Numbered from the whole stretch's first letter, positions 27,556 through 43,460 are shown. The stretch is DNA of 63,998 nucleotides, filler included, from Conidiobolus incongruus B7586 (GCA_000697335.1; 18 parts of 18 records of this genome joined end to end with filler, not necessarily neighbours in it); one strand, 5' to 3'. Translations and numbers: made by a program. The notes: generated from the letters alone by a model not told the origin.

Positions 27556-28571
27556 TTATAAATGAGATTCAATCCTGTTAATAATATTTAATTGTTGTTG
27601 TATAAATTGATTTATCAATTGTATATTCTCTAAATTTGAAGGTATAGTATGACTAAAAAAAATTTAAGTTAAAATTAAATTATTTTTAAATTTTAAAATT
27701 TTTAATTTACCCGAAAGGATGTTGAACAACTATTGGATTATTAAATTTTTCAGAGAGAATATGACTAAATTCTATTAAAGTGTTAAATAAAAAAAATAAT
27801 TAGAGTTAATGATTATATTACTTGATGGTACGACATCATCTTTTTCACTAAATGCATGAAATGAAGGGGTTTTAACAGGTAATGAATATAATTGCTGGAT
27901 TTCAGGAACTGAAGGAAAAAATCCCGAAAACATCACACTAAACCTCAAAGGTGGATGATTTGAAGATTGAATTAATGAATGATTAGTTTCCAGTAACGTT
28001 GTTAACATCGAAGTCAAGCAAGCTCCTAATAATATTTTAGAAAAATGACCATATTCTCAATGCATATTTACTACCTTGAGAAAATCCTACTATTCCAATG
28101 AAAGGACCCTATTGAAAAATCAATACAGCTTTCATATATAAATATATATTTGAATATATTTACCTCTTCCTTTAATATTTTACACATATATTCAATAGTT
28201 GGTAAATACTCAATTTCTCTATTATCAAATGATGAAAACCAGCTACAAAGTGGCTCAAAATCTATAGTTATTTGATTCTTAGTATATTGAATAAATCTTT
28301 TACATTATATTACTTTTAGTTTCGCTTTGCAAGTTATTTTCTTTAATATAATTATTAAAAGATATCATAAACTTGTGATCGTCATATAATGGATGAGGAG
28401 CAGTTAAATACACTATATTGTTTCAGCTAAATAAATCACCAATAGACTATTGTATTGTTTACCAAATTCCAATTGATCTTTAAAATGTTCTCTTATATGT
28501 GAAGTTTTCTTGTACATAATCATTTTATTTTGACCAAATCCATGTAAGCATAAAACCTTGAATAATTTCAT
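27556..28571 (-). CDS. FSH1/OVCA2-family serine hydrolase, 7 exons
   Basis: Spliced product MKLFKVLCLHGFGQN...VYLTAPH...EE|GPFIGIVGFSQ|GACLT...LRFSVMFSGF...TPSFHAFSEKDDVVPS...HPF|GHTIP...; Ser (GFSQG), Asp and His catalytic triad intact. Confidence 0.93.
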
Positions 28572-30036
28572 ATTATCTAAACTATGAATCAATTTAAATT
28601 GATTATTTTACCAAGTTTACTCTAGTATTTATACTAATATTTAATAATTATTTTTTCACATGATTATAAAGACCCAGAGTGGATTCTTTTTCGCCCCTTA
28701 TCTCTTCAATTATTTTCAGTTTTATTAAATTCTTATGGTCTTAGTAAAGCAAATTCAATTGATTAATATATTATGTTCTATTTAATGTTAATCCAATATT
28801 GTAATTTATAAAATATAATTTATCAATAATATTAATGTTGTTATGTATATAATTGATTAATAGTAATTATAAATCTTTTGTATTATTAATATAAAATTAA
28901 ATGGAATTTTAATAAATTTTATAATATTTATTGGCAATTATTTATATTAGATATTTGTTTAAAAATTCAAAAATTTAAATTAAATATTTAGTAATTTCAA
29001 TTATTATTAGTAAAATTATTATAATAATCAAATTTATTTATATATTTTATTATAGAGAATTTAATTGCGTTATATATGTTTTACAATGAATTTATTACAA
29101 TTTTTATAGTAATATTGTTGCAATCCGGTTTAATAAGTTATCATAATAGCATATTATAATACTTCAAATTTTTTATTATAAAATCTATATGTATATATTT
29201 AAATGTTCAGAAATTATGTTTATATTAACTGGATTTTAATTTGAATTTTTGAAATATTTTTTAATGCTATATAATTTGTAGTTTTGTTAAGTATTTAAAT
29301 AACATAATATATTTATACAATATATTTTTAATAAATAAAGTTAAAATAAACCCTTTTTTCATTTTTCTAAAAAAACTAAAGTAAAAAATATAAATTTATA
29401 ATGTTATTATATTTTAATTCACAGAAAATAAAATGATGATAGAAAATTAATGATCAGAATTTTAAGAATTATTACGATCAATATTAAGTATCGAGTGTTC
29501 AAATATACTATAATATTAATTATATATCCTAATTTAGGGATTGATACAAATTAATATTATGTTAATCTACTAATTGATTTCTTTCACGTTATTAATTTGA
29601 TTCAGTTAATTTATTACTTTGCTATTTTCCTTCAAAACATTCTTTTTTAATATTATAATTATTCTACTCTTTCTTCTGTCACTGCCGACTAGCATTTTTG
29701 ACAAATATTCAGTAAAATGAATGATTCATTGAATCAGAATAATTATAAGCAGTATAAATCTTGAATATAATATCCCATTAATATTATTTTATACTTACGT
29801 ATAATTCAACATTTTAATAAATACAATGATAATTTTTATCATCAATTTTTTGCTACTTTGCTCGGTACAATTATATAATCAATTAATTTTTTAAAAAATT
29901 ATAGATAACTTAAAAATATCTAATAAAAAATATGTTTAGTATATAAATTTGAATAGATTATCATTCCAAATTTAATATAAATAATATTTTGTAATGCTGC
30001 CAACTTTGATATTAATCAACATCTTAACCATTTTAT

Positions 30037-30350
30037 TACTTTGTAATTTAAATAATAGGAATTTTTTGTGATAAAAATAAATAAACATTTTAATATATCA
30101 TAAATAAAGATAATAATATAATATAGAATAAATAGTTTCTTTTATTATTAATAACATTTTATACTTTTAACAAACTTCTAACACTTTATAGTTTTTTATT
30201 AAAGTCTAAAATTTAATATTTAATAAATTAATTAAATTTTTCTGCAAAAATTTTATTTCTTATAAGCTAATTTTTTTAATTGCTTAAAGCAATTACAATC
30301 ATATAATTTATAATTTAAAGAGTATATTAAATATAGTAGTTTTTTTAGTT
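30037..30350 (+). repeat. Dispersed ~300-bp repeat, copy 2
   Basis: Starts tactttgtaatttaaataataggaattttttgtg; reverse-complement match to 7810-8108. Confidence 0.8.
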
Positions 30351-31589
30351 ATTATTAATTAAAANNNNNNNNNNNNNNNNNNNNNNNNNNNNNNNNNNNN
30401 NNNNNNNNTTAATTAATTAANNNNNNNNNNNNNNNNNNNNNNNNNNNNNNNNNNNNNNNNNNNNTTAAAATTTTAATATATATCAATAACTATATATTTA
30501 ATTGATTTTTCTTAATTTATTATTTTAAGTATATTATAATAAATATTATATTCAAGGAATTTTTCAAAATTTGTTAAAATTATTTTTTTAAAAATTAAAT
30601 AAATATATTTTTATAATCAATTATATTTACCATTATCATTTTATAAAAATTTATCTATGTTGAAATTTATAAAAAAGGCTTTTTGGCTCAGATTTATTTT
30701 ATATTTTGTGGCGAAAATACATAATATGATGTTCAAAACTTTCTAATATATATATCTTGATGTTTTTTAAAATATTTACCTTAAATGAAAAATTTAAATT
30801 CTTTCTTCGTTTTCTTTTAATATTAAGATATTTGTCGTATATTTCTTATTAATTCAACCAGGTTTCATGGTAAATATATTAATTATAAAACTATAACATT
30901 TAAAACTATATTTTTATATATATAATTAATATTTAAAGTTATTGCTATTATTGATAAATACTAAGCATAATAATTTTCTATATTCATTATTTATTTATAA
31001 ATAAAAAATTCAGTACTTTATTATATATATATAGCAATATATTATATAAATTAATTAATAATAATATTGTTAATTAAAGAAAATATAAGTTTTGATTAAA
31101 GTCAATATTTTTCAAAAATATATATTAATTTTTTAAAAATCAAATATTTTAAGAAAAGTTAATATTATAGCATTAATAAGTATTTTATTATCAAATTATA
31201 ACAATATAAAAATAACAAATTTCAATATTAAAAATATATTTTAGTTTATTTATCTTAACACAAGTAATTTACTTTAATTTACCAAACTATGCCTTGAGTT
31301 AGGACATAATCAATTTACAATTAATCTTTATCTAATTTTAAATCACCAATACTATATAGTGACCTCGTCTGTTTATAATTATCCTTATTCTTATTGTATT
31401 ATTTGATAATGAAATATTATATAACAAATCCAAAAAATTCTATTAGTAATCACTATCCAACTATTAAACTATTATATTATTAAAAATCAAATTATCTAAT
31501 TATAAAATTATTATACTATAAAAATATCAAAATATCAAAGTTTTAAACTATTGAGCTATTAAGCTTTAATCCTTTTGTATTATTATTTT

Positions 31590-32100
31590 AGGTTCCTATT
31601 AGAGACACAATTAAGGTTGTAACAAATAACTGGAAGATTTGATCCTTTGTTTTTTTAATTCCATTTATATTCCTGAAATTCAATTATTATCTTAAGTTAA
31701 AGTTATATCCAGTAACTAATTTTTTAAGGTTTCTGTGTTAAATTAAAATAAATGATGGTTAAGTTTTTAAAACTTTTGTTTTATCATTAATTAATCTTAC
31801 TCGATTATTTTGCCAGTTTGATTTTACCTCAAAAATTAATTTATATGTATATTATAATATATATTTAAAAATACAAGGAATTGATTTGATATTTAAAATT
31901 ATAAATTAACCCAATTAAATTATTAATTGTCATATTAGAATTTAACTATAAATTAACCTTGGCTCTATAATGGCTGATATTTGCAATGTATTCGAATCTA
32001 TTATATATATGTCATATATTACTCTGGATAGCAAAAGAGTCAAATAAGGAAAAATCAAAGAATAAACTTAGTAATCTATTACTTACCCTTGAAATTACCT
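31590..32100 (-). pseudogene. Possible decayed intron-containing gene
   Basis: Minus-strand GTAAGT...CAG and GTAAGA...CAG intron-like pairs separate short exon-like stretches that contain stops. No family recognised. Confidence 0.2.
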
Positions 32101-34639
32101 GTTTATAATAAGTATTTTTTTTAAATCATAGTATATAAAGTTTCAATTAAATTAGTTAATTTAAAAATTGATTTTTTAATTGATATTATAGCATCAGTAT
32201 TTTAATCGTCAATATTCTATAACTAAGAACAAAATATTATAATAATAAAAAATAAATTAAATCAAAATATAATATATTGGATAGTTAATAATATTAAGCA
32301 TTGATTTAATTGTTTTTTTAAATTTTAATTATATTCAAAAATTTCAAAAAATTGAAAAATATTTGATAATTAAGACAATTAATATAAAATTATAATATTA
32401 TAGCTGTGTAATTAATTTAAGATAAATCATTGAAATTTAGATTTCTATCGACTAGAATATAGTAGGATAATTTTATAAATTAATAAAGATATTTATATAT
32501 ATAGCTTATCTGATAGCAATAAATATTTAAAGTATTCTATAATATATTATCAATATAATAATATTATAATAATTTAAAAACAAAATAAATTAAGAGAAGT
32601 TAATATATATATATATATAAATCAGTGAATATATACAACTGTATATTCATAAAATACAATTCTCGTTGTTAATGAAAAAATATATTTATATAAACATATC
32701 TTATTACTAAAAATATCCAATGGTTTAAAAAATAATTTCTTATACTTAAATTTAGTGTTATTCTATAAATTTTATCTATTTTATTTGAACTTTCGAACTA
32801 TCTTAATATTATTATTATAAAATTATTTTTTAAAATTAATATAATTTTATATAATTCAACTAATTATAAATTCGTTATATAATTTATATTTTAAAATTGA
32901 ATTTATTCATATAAAAACATTAATATAGTCTGTGAACACTTTTTTTCTTAAAATCTATTATTTATCCGATTATTATCTCTATTTTCAAGATTAAAATTAT
33001 ATTTATCAATAATTTACTTTATTTACATTATCTAATATTAAATCTAATATAGTTGTATTTACTTAATTGTTTATAAAGCTGAAAATCTTGTTTACAAATA
33101 TATTAACTTATTATTATGAATATCAAATTTAATCATCCTTTGTATTATATTGGTTTTATAACTAATTACCATTAGAGTTAGTAAGCTTTTTAATTATTCA
33201 TCATATTCACTTTACTATTAATATTACTTACTCGGAAAATTTCAATAAAAATAAAATAACTAAATATCATATATTTTTAAATTATATCCTTATTAAATAA
33301 AATATTATTTGAAAAATTTTATATAAACTATTTATATCAATCTTCAAGTAATAACTGGTGGTAAGTAACTTTCAAATAATGATATTATAAACTAGTTTAA
33401 CTAACTCAAAGCTCAACGATCAAGTATATAAGACTTACCTTATTTAAGCTATCTTAAATATATAACTAACCAAAGAAATGAAAATAAACTAAAGAAACAT
33501 TTACAATATCAGTTATATGGTTTAGCAAAAAAAGTTAGCATAATTTTGATAATTTAATATTAAAATCATTTTTACTTTACTTGACAATTTAAAATAAATT
33601 TAAATGTTAAAAGTATAGATATCTAATACTTTAATTCAATATCAAATAATTAAAGGAAGAAATATAAATGATATATTATTTCATTATAAAATATATTTAA
33701 CTATATCTAAAAATGTAATTATAGTTATATTATATATATAGTTTATTACTACTAAATAAAAAATGCTTAGGTTTTAAAGCCAGAATTAATATTATAAATT
33801 ATAAAATAGAATAGTCTAAAAAAATACATAATATTATAAAAAATATATATTATTGGCATAGCATTAACAAATTGATTTAAAAAATAATTAATTATAGATA
33901 ATAAATATATATTATAGACTCTTGAAAAGAGTTTATTAAAATATAATAAATAAATTAAAAAATAACCTATTTAATATAAAAATAAATATATATATATATA
34001 AATTATGAAATATTTTTTATANNNNNNNNNNNNNNNNNNNNNNNNNNNNNNNNNNNNNNNNNNNNTTAATTAATTAANNNNNNNNNNNNNNNNNNNNNNN
34101 NNNNNNNNNNNNNNNNNNNNNATATTTATCAAATATATCAATATAATTATTAAATCAATATTTAGATCATTTTTATCAAAAACTATATAAATAATGATAT
34201 TTAAGCCTTAAAATATTTATTTTTTGAATTAATTAATATAAACTCTATTAAAAATTAATATTGAATAAAATTTAAAAAATTAAAATAATTCAAAAAATAT
34301 ATTCCATTTTGATTGATATTCCACTTTATGCTAAATTTATCAACTTAAAAAAGATATATACAAATTTTATAAATAAAAAAAATTAAATATATTTTAAAAA
34401 TTTTTTTCAATTTTTGATGATATATAATTTGATAATTTGAATCTTTAAAATTATAATAAATATATCAATTATGAAATTAAATATTTTATTAATTTTTAAG
34501 AAAAATGAAGGTTAATTTATTAGAAAATTAAATTTACTTTACAATTTTTTGTCATTATAAATTTAAACAACCCAATAGATATCTTAGTTATTAGTAAATT
34601 TTATATTGGATATGCTTTAACAGTTTAATGAAGGATACC

Positions 34640-35484
34640 TTTGCAGCTTTATTCAGAGAACAGGTGCGTTGACGGCTCTTGTGTACGATATTGAAATCTG
34701 GCGATAAATTTCAATTATTATTATTTTTTTGAGGCCAGTTGAAAGTTAATATATGGTTATAAATAACTTCTGAAACATAAGATATTCAACAAATATTAAT
34801 TGATGATTTAGGGAATATGGAATGAAATTTGTTGTAAACTTTTTCTTTGGAAATATTTAAATTAATTTGATTTAAACATTAGGAAAATTTGATTACTATA
34901 ATACTATGATAACTTTGAATAATTCACACAAATCATATCAGAAATGTTATGATGCTTACAAAGAAGTTCGGATATCATATTTCTATTTGTACAATTGTAA
35001 AATTAGTTTCAATTTTTACTAGTATTGGACTTACGCAAAATATACACAAACTTGCAAATATAAATTGGAGTAACCATGAGTGTGCAATAAGTGCAAACCA
35101 AAAATAAGAGGTAAGATTGATATTAAAGGAACCAAGAATCTTTCTAAAAACATTATTGTTAAGCTGTATCCAGGATATAAGAGCAGTTGAACATTAATTA
35201 ATGCATCCTATTTACATCGATATTGATTCTTATTTGAATATATTATAGAGTGTTTTACAAATATAGCTCGAAACAATTGTCCCACGGATACACATACACC
35301 GGTAAGTGCTAAAAAATGAACAATTCAATGTCACGATAAGAACTCCTTTTCTTATCTTTTGGAACAGCACTATTTTCATTAATGGCTTCAAGGCAAGACT
35401 AAGCACACGACAAATTCCGAAGGTGATCAGTGTATTATCTGGAACATCTTCAGGAATTGGTCAAGAGATCTCAACACTTGACAT
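34640..35484 (-). pseudogene. Rhodopsin-like (class A) 7-TM receptor pseudogene
   Basis: Fragments in shifting frames: MSSVEIS*PIPEDVPDNTLITFGIC...; LLLYPGYSLTIMFLERFLV (TM3 with ERF, equivalent to E/DRY); FNINLTSYFWFALIAHSWLLQFIFASLC; CLNQINLNISKEKVY. Multiple stops and frameshifts; 3' boundary approximate. Confidence 0.7.
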
Positions 35485-37186
35485 AGCAGTTAATAGATAT
35501 AACCATAGTTTACTCAAAGAGTAATTTAACCCTATCAAACTATATTCAATTTATACTTATATCAGACTTAAAATTTAATTCATATTGCAAATATTTTGAA
35601 AATTTTAAATTGATTAATGTCGAATATAGTTATGAAAAAAAATTAAGTTATTAATTTTTACCTTGATGATAATTTTGAGTAAAATCATTTAAAAATAACA
35701 TTCCAATGATCTGATATATAAACATTACATGCCTATAATTAAAGTAGCTAATTTAAACTGTGTGATTTTAATATTATAGAGTTTTTATGGAAGTTTTTTG
35801 AATTAAATTAATACAAATATAAATAAGAATCTTGAGAAGTTTATTTTCATAATATATTATATTAGGTATTCTGAGTTTTTTAAATTCACTAATTTTAAAT
35901 TTAAATAATAACTTAAAATTATAATAATAATAAAAATTAATATTATTGAACTTTATATTTTGAAACAAATTTTATTAATTTTTCTATTAATCCTGATAAG
36001 ATATACCATCAATTATTTTATAATATTTTGAAATCATTATAATAATCACAAATCTTAGGAATTAGTAAGTTTTTAAATATTTGATAACTTAATTGAAAAA
36101 TCTATATTTTTATTAACACTATAAGTTTTTATTATTTATTTAAAATCAAAGATTAATAAATTGAATAATGTTCAATTAATAATATAAGAGTATAATATCA
36201 ATGATATTATAATGATAGATTTGGTTCAATAAATAAAGTTAAAACCCAATTTCATATACTGAAATATAGTATGAAGAATTGATTTTATTAATTCAATTCA
36301 AAATTTAAGTATTTATTTTAAATGATTGACATATTTATTTTAATTATCAAAAATCATTTGATATATTAAATTAATATTACAAGACAATAATTTTATCCAA
36401 AAATACTGATGATAAAAAATATTTTGTTTTATTTTTTCGCAATCCCTAAAATCTAAATATAATACTTAATATAAAATGTTTAACAAGTATTTTATCATCA
36501 TAACTTTAATTTTAAAATAATTAGTTAATATATATTAGTTATATTTAATACTGTATTTAAATTAAATATTATAAATAGAGAATATTTTACAACTTTAAAT
36601 ATGATATTATTATTATATCGAAATTATTAATATTAATTTGATCGTTCCTATTATATTGGGTAACTTGAACAATGTTTTTTAAAAATTTCATTTGATATGA
36701 GGTAATTTTATTAACATTTCTGGGAATAATTCTGAAAATCACTATCAAATTAATTTGAGTTTATTATTGATTTGACCACTTAACCCCTAAATTGGCTTGT
36801 CGAGATATATTAATCCTGTAAACTTGAACTTTTATCAAATACCCTCTATAATTCGCCAAAATCTAGATTTTGACGATTTTCATAAATTGGACACAATTTA
36901 AACTATTTTAAATATTGTATATTAAACAAGGGTTATAACCTGAAAAAACCGATTATAAATCTCAATAAAAACATTAACTCCTAAATCATATATTAATCAA
37001 ATCCCTTGAATTCATCTAGTTAATTTGAATTAGATGTTTTATTAAAATATTACAAATTCAATTATGTATTACACCATTTATTATTGTAAAGGTTTTAGTA
37101 ATGTTCTTTATAGTCATTTAACTGTTAGAATATTATCAATTATTACTTGGAATATTATTTGTCTTCAAAGTTGATTATTGTGTTAT

Positions 37187-37505
37187 TACTTTGAATTGTA
37201 AATTATGAGAATTTTTTGAGATTGAAAATAAATAAATATTTTAATATGTAAATTACAAAAATAAATATATAACTTAAAATCAATGCTCTCCTTTACTTTT
37301 GATTACTCTTTGTTATACTTTTAATAAGTTTTTAACACTTAAAAAACAGTTTTTTTTATTAAAGACCAAAATTTGATATTATTACAAATTAATTATATTT
37401 TTTATAAAATTTTTTTTGCAAGCTGATTTTTGAAATACTTGAGATAATTATAATTATATCAGTTATGATTAAGTGAGTATATTAGATATGATAGTTTTTT
37501 CTAAT
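37187..37505 (+). repeat. Dispersed ~300-bp repeat, copy 3 (more diverged)
   Basis: Starts tactttgaattgtaaattatgagaatttttt; collinear with copy 2 through ...gtatattagatatgatagtttttt. Confidence 0.7.
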
Positions 37506-40500
37506 TAATCCTTATTAGAAAATTTTTTATAATTTTAATTCTATATATTTTATAATATAATATAAAATAATAAAAGTTTTTATATTATATTATATTATAT
37601 TAAAAAAATAAAATAAAATTTATTATTAATTAATTATATATGAAAAATTAAATANNNNNNNNNNNNNNNNNNNNNNNNNNNNNNNNNNNNNNNNNNNNTT
37701 AATTAATTAANNNNNNNNNNNNNNNNNNNNNNNNNNNNNNNNNNNNNNNNNNNNATATCACCTTTATATATAATAAATAACCTTATATAATTAATAAATA
37801 ATGAAATTATAAATAATAACTTTAATTATAAAAATACTTTCATCTAGAAATATATATATTAATAGTATTAAATATAATAAAAGCATTTTATAATTAAATT
37901 TATAATTGATAATATTATTATAAATATACTGCAAAGCTTCTAAAAAATAGTCTTGTAATAAAAATCATATAAGTTTGATAAAATAGGCTAAAAATAACTA
38001 AAAAAATACTTTAGAAAAGTTTTATTAAAATATCAAGATATAAGGCTTGGCCTTGATCAAAGTAATCCCAGAGTAAATATTTATCCAATGATTATTTTAT
38101 AATATGGTTGATCCTTGGCCAATATGTTAAGGCTCTAGCTTTTGCTATAGTCTGGAATTTTCCATTATGCAAGGATTGTTCCTGATATTTATGAGTGGAT
38201 TATATCTGGAATCTTGACGGACAATTAAAATTAAACGGTGAGCAGACCTCTCGATCTGTGATAATATATTTTTTGAACCTTTTACTTTAAATTTACTATA
38301 ATCATTTGAATTATTTTGGATATTAATTTATTAATATAATTTTTTAATAGTAATATAGTTTCACTATTATATTAAATAATTTTAAGATAATATTTTTAAA
38401 TTATAAAATAAATAACTTAAAATAATATATTATTTTATATCGTAATATTTATCTAGTAAAAGGATAATTTAACCCTTTGTTCTAAAGACTGGTGATAATC
38501 TAGAAAGTCCATTTTATCAGCCATATCCATATTAGCTTTAAAAATTTAAATAATCTCTATTTCTTAATTAAACCTCCTTTTATGTTTTTATTTTTATAGA
38601 CCTTAATTTTATTTTTCATTTAATTTCTTAGTTCTTTACTTAATATTATATAACTTTTTATACGGATTTTTCTTATGGGGTAAATTATTTTTTATTATTT
38701 ATAATTCAAGATTATTAATTTGTTTTTTAAATAATCCAACTATTTTATAGATCAGATTTTTAATTTTAATTTTCAAATATTAGTTATATTTTTTATTATC
38801 AAATATATAATCTTAGTCAAAAAAATTATTCTATAAGAATTTTATATATATAAATATTATATTTAGGCTTAATTTTATATTTTAATAGCAATATTATAGA
38901 TTTATAAACTTATAATAAATATTTTTCCTATTCCCAATACAAATTGAGTATTAATTTATTTTCCTCAGATATAGTCCAACTTATTATTAAATAGACCAAC
39001 TAATAGAATATTTATCTATCAAATAATTATATTGAATATTGATTTTATTCCAATAAATAATAGCATAATTATCATTATATTTCATGCCAAATTAACTTTT
39101 TATAAGATAAAGTTCAAAAGTAACTATTTCAATAAGTTTTTTTATTAAATCGTATTTTCTGTGTTAAATATTATTTTATAATAATCCAAAGAATCTAAAA
39201 TCAGTTGAAATAAATTCTATATTATTTATATCAATTTATTAAGTTAATAGCCTTGGAAATTATAATCATAACCACAAAATAGCTGATTTTGATAGTCATC
39301 CCAATAGAAATTACTATCTTCATCAAATATCAGTTGAAAAATATAATTTCTATCTAAAATTTATAAAACATTAAGTCAATAGATCTTATGGTTAATATTT
39401 TATAACCATTTTATAAATAGAATAGTGTTTACAATTTTTATCCAAAATAATAAATAATAATAAAACACTTGTATTTATTGCTTTATCTATATTAGTACTT
39501 TCGAATTTTCATCAGGATATCCTTTTTGTGCTTGAATTCAAAAAGTATATGAATCTTTGTATTTAATGGAAGATAACATAATATCCAAATCGTCTGAAAA
39601 AATAAGAAATCGATTTTAGAAAGCCATTTAATATAATCAAAATCAATCAAATTAGATATTATCTTCAACTTGATATTAATTTCAGTTAGAGAATATAAGA
39701 TATAGAATACAGTCATTGAGTGATATAAAAAATCTAAATAGACCACTAATTAATAAATGAACTTAATCTAGAATATCGAACGAGCTAATTGAAAAAAATG
39801 TATGTTTATTAATTTTCTTGTAATTTGATGTTATTTTTATCATTCAGATTTTTCTATTTATATGATCTTTTATTTTATTAGTTAATGTAAGAATTAATAT
39901 CAAATAATTTCAAATATTTGATAGTTTGATTAACTAAATACAAAATGAAAAGTACTTAGGTATAAATAGTGTTATCTTTGTAGCTTAAATTAACTCAATT
40001 ATATTAATATTGGTTTTCAATAATTAATCTTCATTTTGTGAAGTCAACGTGAGCTCAGCATTATGAATTGTTTAAATATTTAAACTAACAAAATCCTATT
40101 ATTCAAGTTTGAATTAAAATTAAATTTCAAATCATATGAATAAATAATTTCAAATTTATATATTAAAACTTTAAGAATTCATAACAACGGTTATATTATA
40201 TATCAACTGATAAGAAATTTATTTCTATATTCTATGAATACAGATAAATTTATCAAAATCTCAGAAATACTATAGCTTTAATATATTAACACCAAATTAT
40301 TGAAGCGATAAGTGAAGTAATCAAGTCATAATATTGAATTATAATGAGCTATTATACTATCAGCAATTTATCAGTGTATCGATATATAATAGTGTTTTAA
40401 TAATGATTCAAGCAATATCATTATTCTTATCAATCATAGACCAATGATTATGTGTATAAATGGTTAATCATAATTTATTATTAATATTATTCTGATTATA

Positions 40501-42869
40501 AAAATAATAGTAAAATTAATCACATTTAAACTCATTTTTACCTATTCTGTAGTTGTTAATAAGGTATTAGGTGAACTGATAAAGCACATAATCAAACCAT
40601 AATATCAATTAGCCATATCATGCCAATATTAATGTTTATATCATTACACCTATTAATCGAGCAAGTTTGACTAATAAATAAAGTTTATCAGTTGAAACAA
40701 AATTTAATTATAAGAGTATTAATAAGATTATAATCTTATATATTTTGAAACAGTTTATTATTACTTTATTATTTATTTTGTTATAATAATAATTTCATTA
40801 ATATCAACACTATTATTAAAGAAATTAAGTAATTGATAATCTAAAATTAAAATTAAATCTCTTAATATTTAATTTATTAAAATTAATAGTCGTTTATATT
40901 ATTATTAACTTTTATTTATATTGTTAATAAGATTCTATTACTTAAAAATAGTTTTCTTTATTATAGACTCAGATTTAATATTTGATAAGTTAACTTATTC
41001 TAATTCTTTCAGGAATTTATTTATTATTAATATATTTTTTAAATACTTAAACATTTATAATTATATAGATTATAATTTGAATAATACTTTATATTTTATA
41101 TTTTATTTCTTTTTAAAGTCTATTTTACTCCAAATATTTTTTAACATTATATATTATATTATTTTAATAAAATGTATTAAGTATGCTTAATTTTATATCA
41201 AAATAACAATTAAAACTTAGTTTTTTAAAAAGAATATAAATCTCAATATTAATACATATTAAATTAAAATTTATATAAAACAAATATAAAATATTATAAT
41301 TGAATATTATTATCAATATTTATTTATTAANNNNNNNNNNNNNNNNNNNNNNNNNNNNNNNNNNNNNNNNNNNNTTAATTAATTAANNNNNNNNNNNNNN
41401 NNNNNNNNNNNNNNNNNNNNNNNNNNNNNNAATTAAAATAACTAATAGTTTTAATATGATAGTATATATTAAAATTTTACATATTTTTAGATATATTTAT
41501 AAAATTTAAATTTAAAATTAAATTTAATAATAGTTAAAAAAACCCAGATAGTTTATTTTAAAATTTGAAATAATATACCGAAATAATTTTTTATTAGTAA
41601 ATAAAAATTTTTTAAATAGAATTTGAAAATCTTTAAAAAAATCTAAAAAATACAATTAAGCTTTATTTATTATAAAAAAATATATTTGAATATTATTATA
41701 TAGTTTGAATATAACTATATTATAAAAAACATTTGTAAATAAAGTTCTTTATACTATGAATGGTATAACTGAATATATATAATATTGCAAAACTAATTTT
41801 GTTTAAATAATTTATATTATTAATCTTTCGAATTAGTTATAAATTACAAAATAAAAAATTACATAATTAATAATTTTTTTAATTTGACAAAATATTATTA
41901 GTTTATATATTGATAAATATATAAAATTTTTTAATATCAAAATTATTATAATAATATCAAATATCATATCAAAATAAATAATTTAATCAATAATTGCATT
42001 ATATTAAATCAAATAAAATTTCTATTAAATCATATATACCCGATTATTAAGGGTATTTATTAATCATTTTAATATAAAAAATAAGAATCTTGATTTTATT
42101 TACTAATTTCATACCAATCTTAATTAATATTGAAATATATTAATTATTAATGGATATCATAATTTATACAATAGTTTCTATTATTTGGAATCTTATTGGA
42201 TTTTGAGGTATATTATAATAGATATATCTCAACTATTGAAGCAAAACTAGGTTGTTTTACTTTTTTCCATTTTAGATTTTAAATTATAAAAATAATTTTT
42301 TTAATATTATATATATAAAATAGGATTACTTTGAATTATAAAATTAAGAAAATTTACTCATTCAATAATATAATATTCTAGGTATATAGCAAAATAACTA
42401 TATAAAAAACTAGAATTTCATCTTCTACAAGTGTGTTTGAAGTTTAAGAGTTCTTTTTGATCATTTTACTATTAATTGTAAGACTATTAATACAAAATCT
42501 TTATTTGAAATTTATAAGATATAACAAATAATTTTTTATAATAAATAAACTTATGATATTTACTATTAAGAGAATATAATAAACTTCGGGTTTTTCTTAA
42601 TTTCAAAATATTGAATATATTATGCTGATTCAAGTAACGCTAGCTGTTAACTTTATCTAAAGAATTTTATATATCTATGTGCCAAATACTAGTACTACTT
42701 TAATTATACAATTTAAAATGATTTTATTACTTTATGAAAATTGACTTGTAATAAACCGATATAATGCTTGTTGGTAACTGAAAATTCCTCAAATCAATAT
42801 TATAAATGCTCGAAATTAACATTATGTTTATTTCAATATATTATATTTTATAATATAATAACTTAAATA

Positions 42870-43460
42870 AAGATCAATACAAGTCTTCTCCAAATCCAAC
42901 ACACATTTGAAAAACTCAAGTTCCTTCAATTTCATCAACATATTAATTAAATAAACAGCAATCTTTCACACAATTAATATAAACTTATTTATTTTCACAG
43001 CTCATGGCATACATACCTCTCTGTCTAACAAGTACAAAATAATAAGTTTTTTAGGAAGGTCTTCTCCGCATACCATACAATACTCATTCATGATTTAATC
43101 CTTTACCCAAATATTCGAATTCTATGCAATATATGCAAATAATATTATTTTTATCATATTGAAAGTTAAAAGTTGGAACATTTTTGTATAATTCATTCGA
43201 TAAAGGAACTGATCTAAAAATTCAGCAGGATAGTCATTGCCATCTTCCTCCTTATTAACTTAAAGCAACTTTTACTCATTAATATATTAATTCCATCAAA
43301 TGATATAATTGTATTCGTAACATCACTTTCTAATTTAATTAGTGGCTTAAGACTGTAATTCTTCGATAGATGGCATGTAAAAAACTTTCAACTTCCGTGC
43401 AACTAGGGCATTATCTTTTGTAGAAATGTTCGAATTTTCACCCAGATAACCTTTAAAGTA
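42870..43460 (-). pseudogene. Unidentified decayed coding or transposon remnant
   Basis: GC elevated; minus-strand frames with scattered stops (…EEDGNDYPAEFLDQFLYRMNY…; EFEYLGKGLNHE*VLYGMRRRPS*KTYYFVLVRQRG…). Family not assignable. Confidence 0.3.

Noticed and set aside
39000..39746. Possible F-box/LRR gene remnant
   Set aside because: Only vague resemblance with many stops; cannot be supported.
40921..41190. I/F/N/K/Y-rich ORFs at 21886, 35774 and 40921
   Set aside because: Composition expected by chance in very AT-rich DNA; no motifs.
43180..43260. YPAEFLDQFLYR as Helitron PIF1 helicase or Merlin transposase
   Set aside because: Flanking diagnostic motifs (LPPHxLxLKxG, LCNGTRL or DDE residues) were not found.
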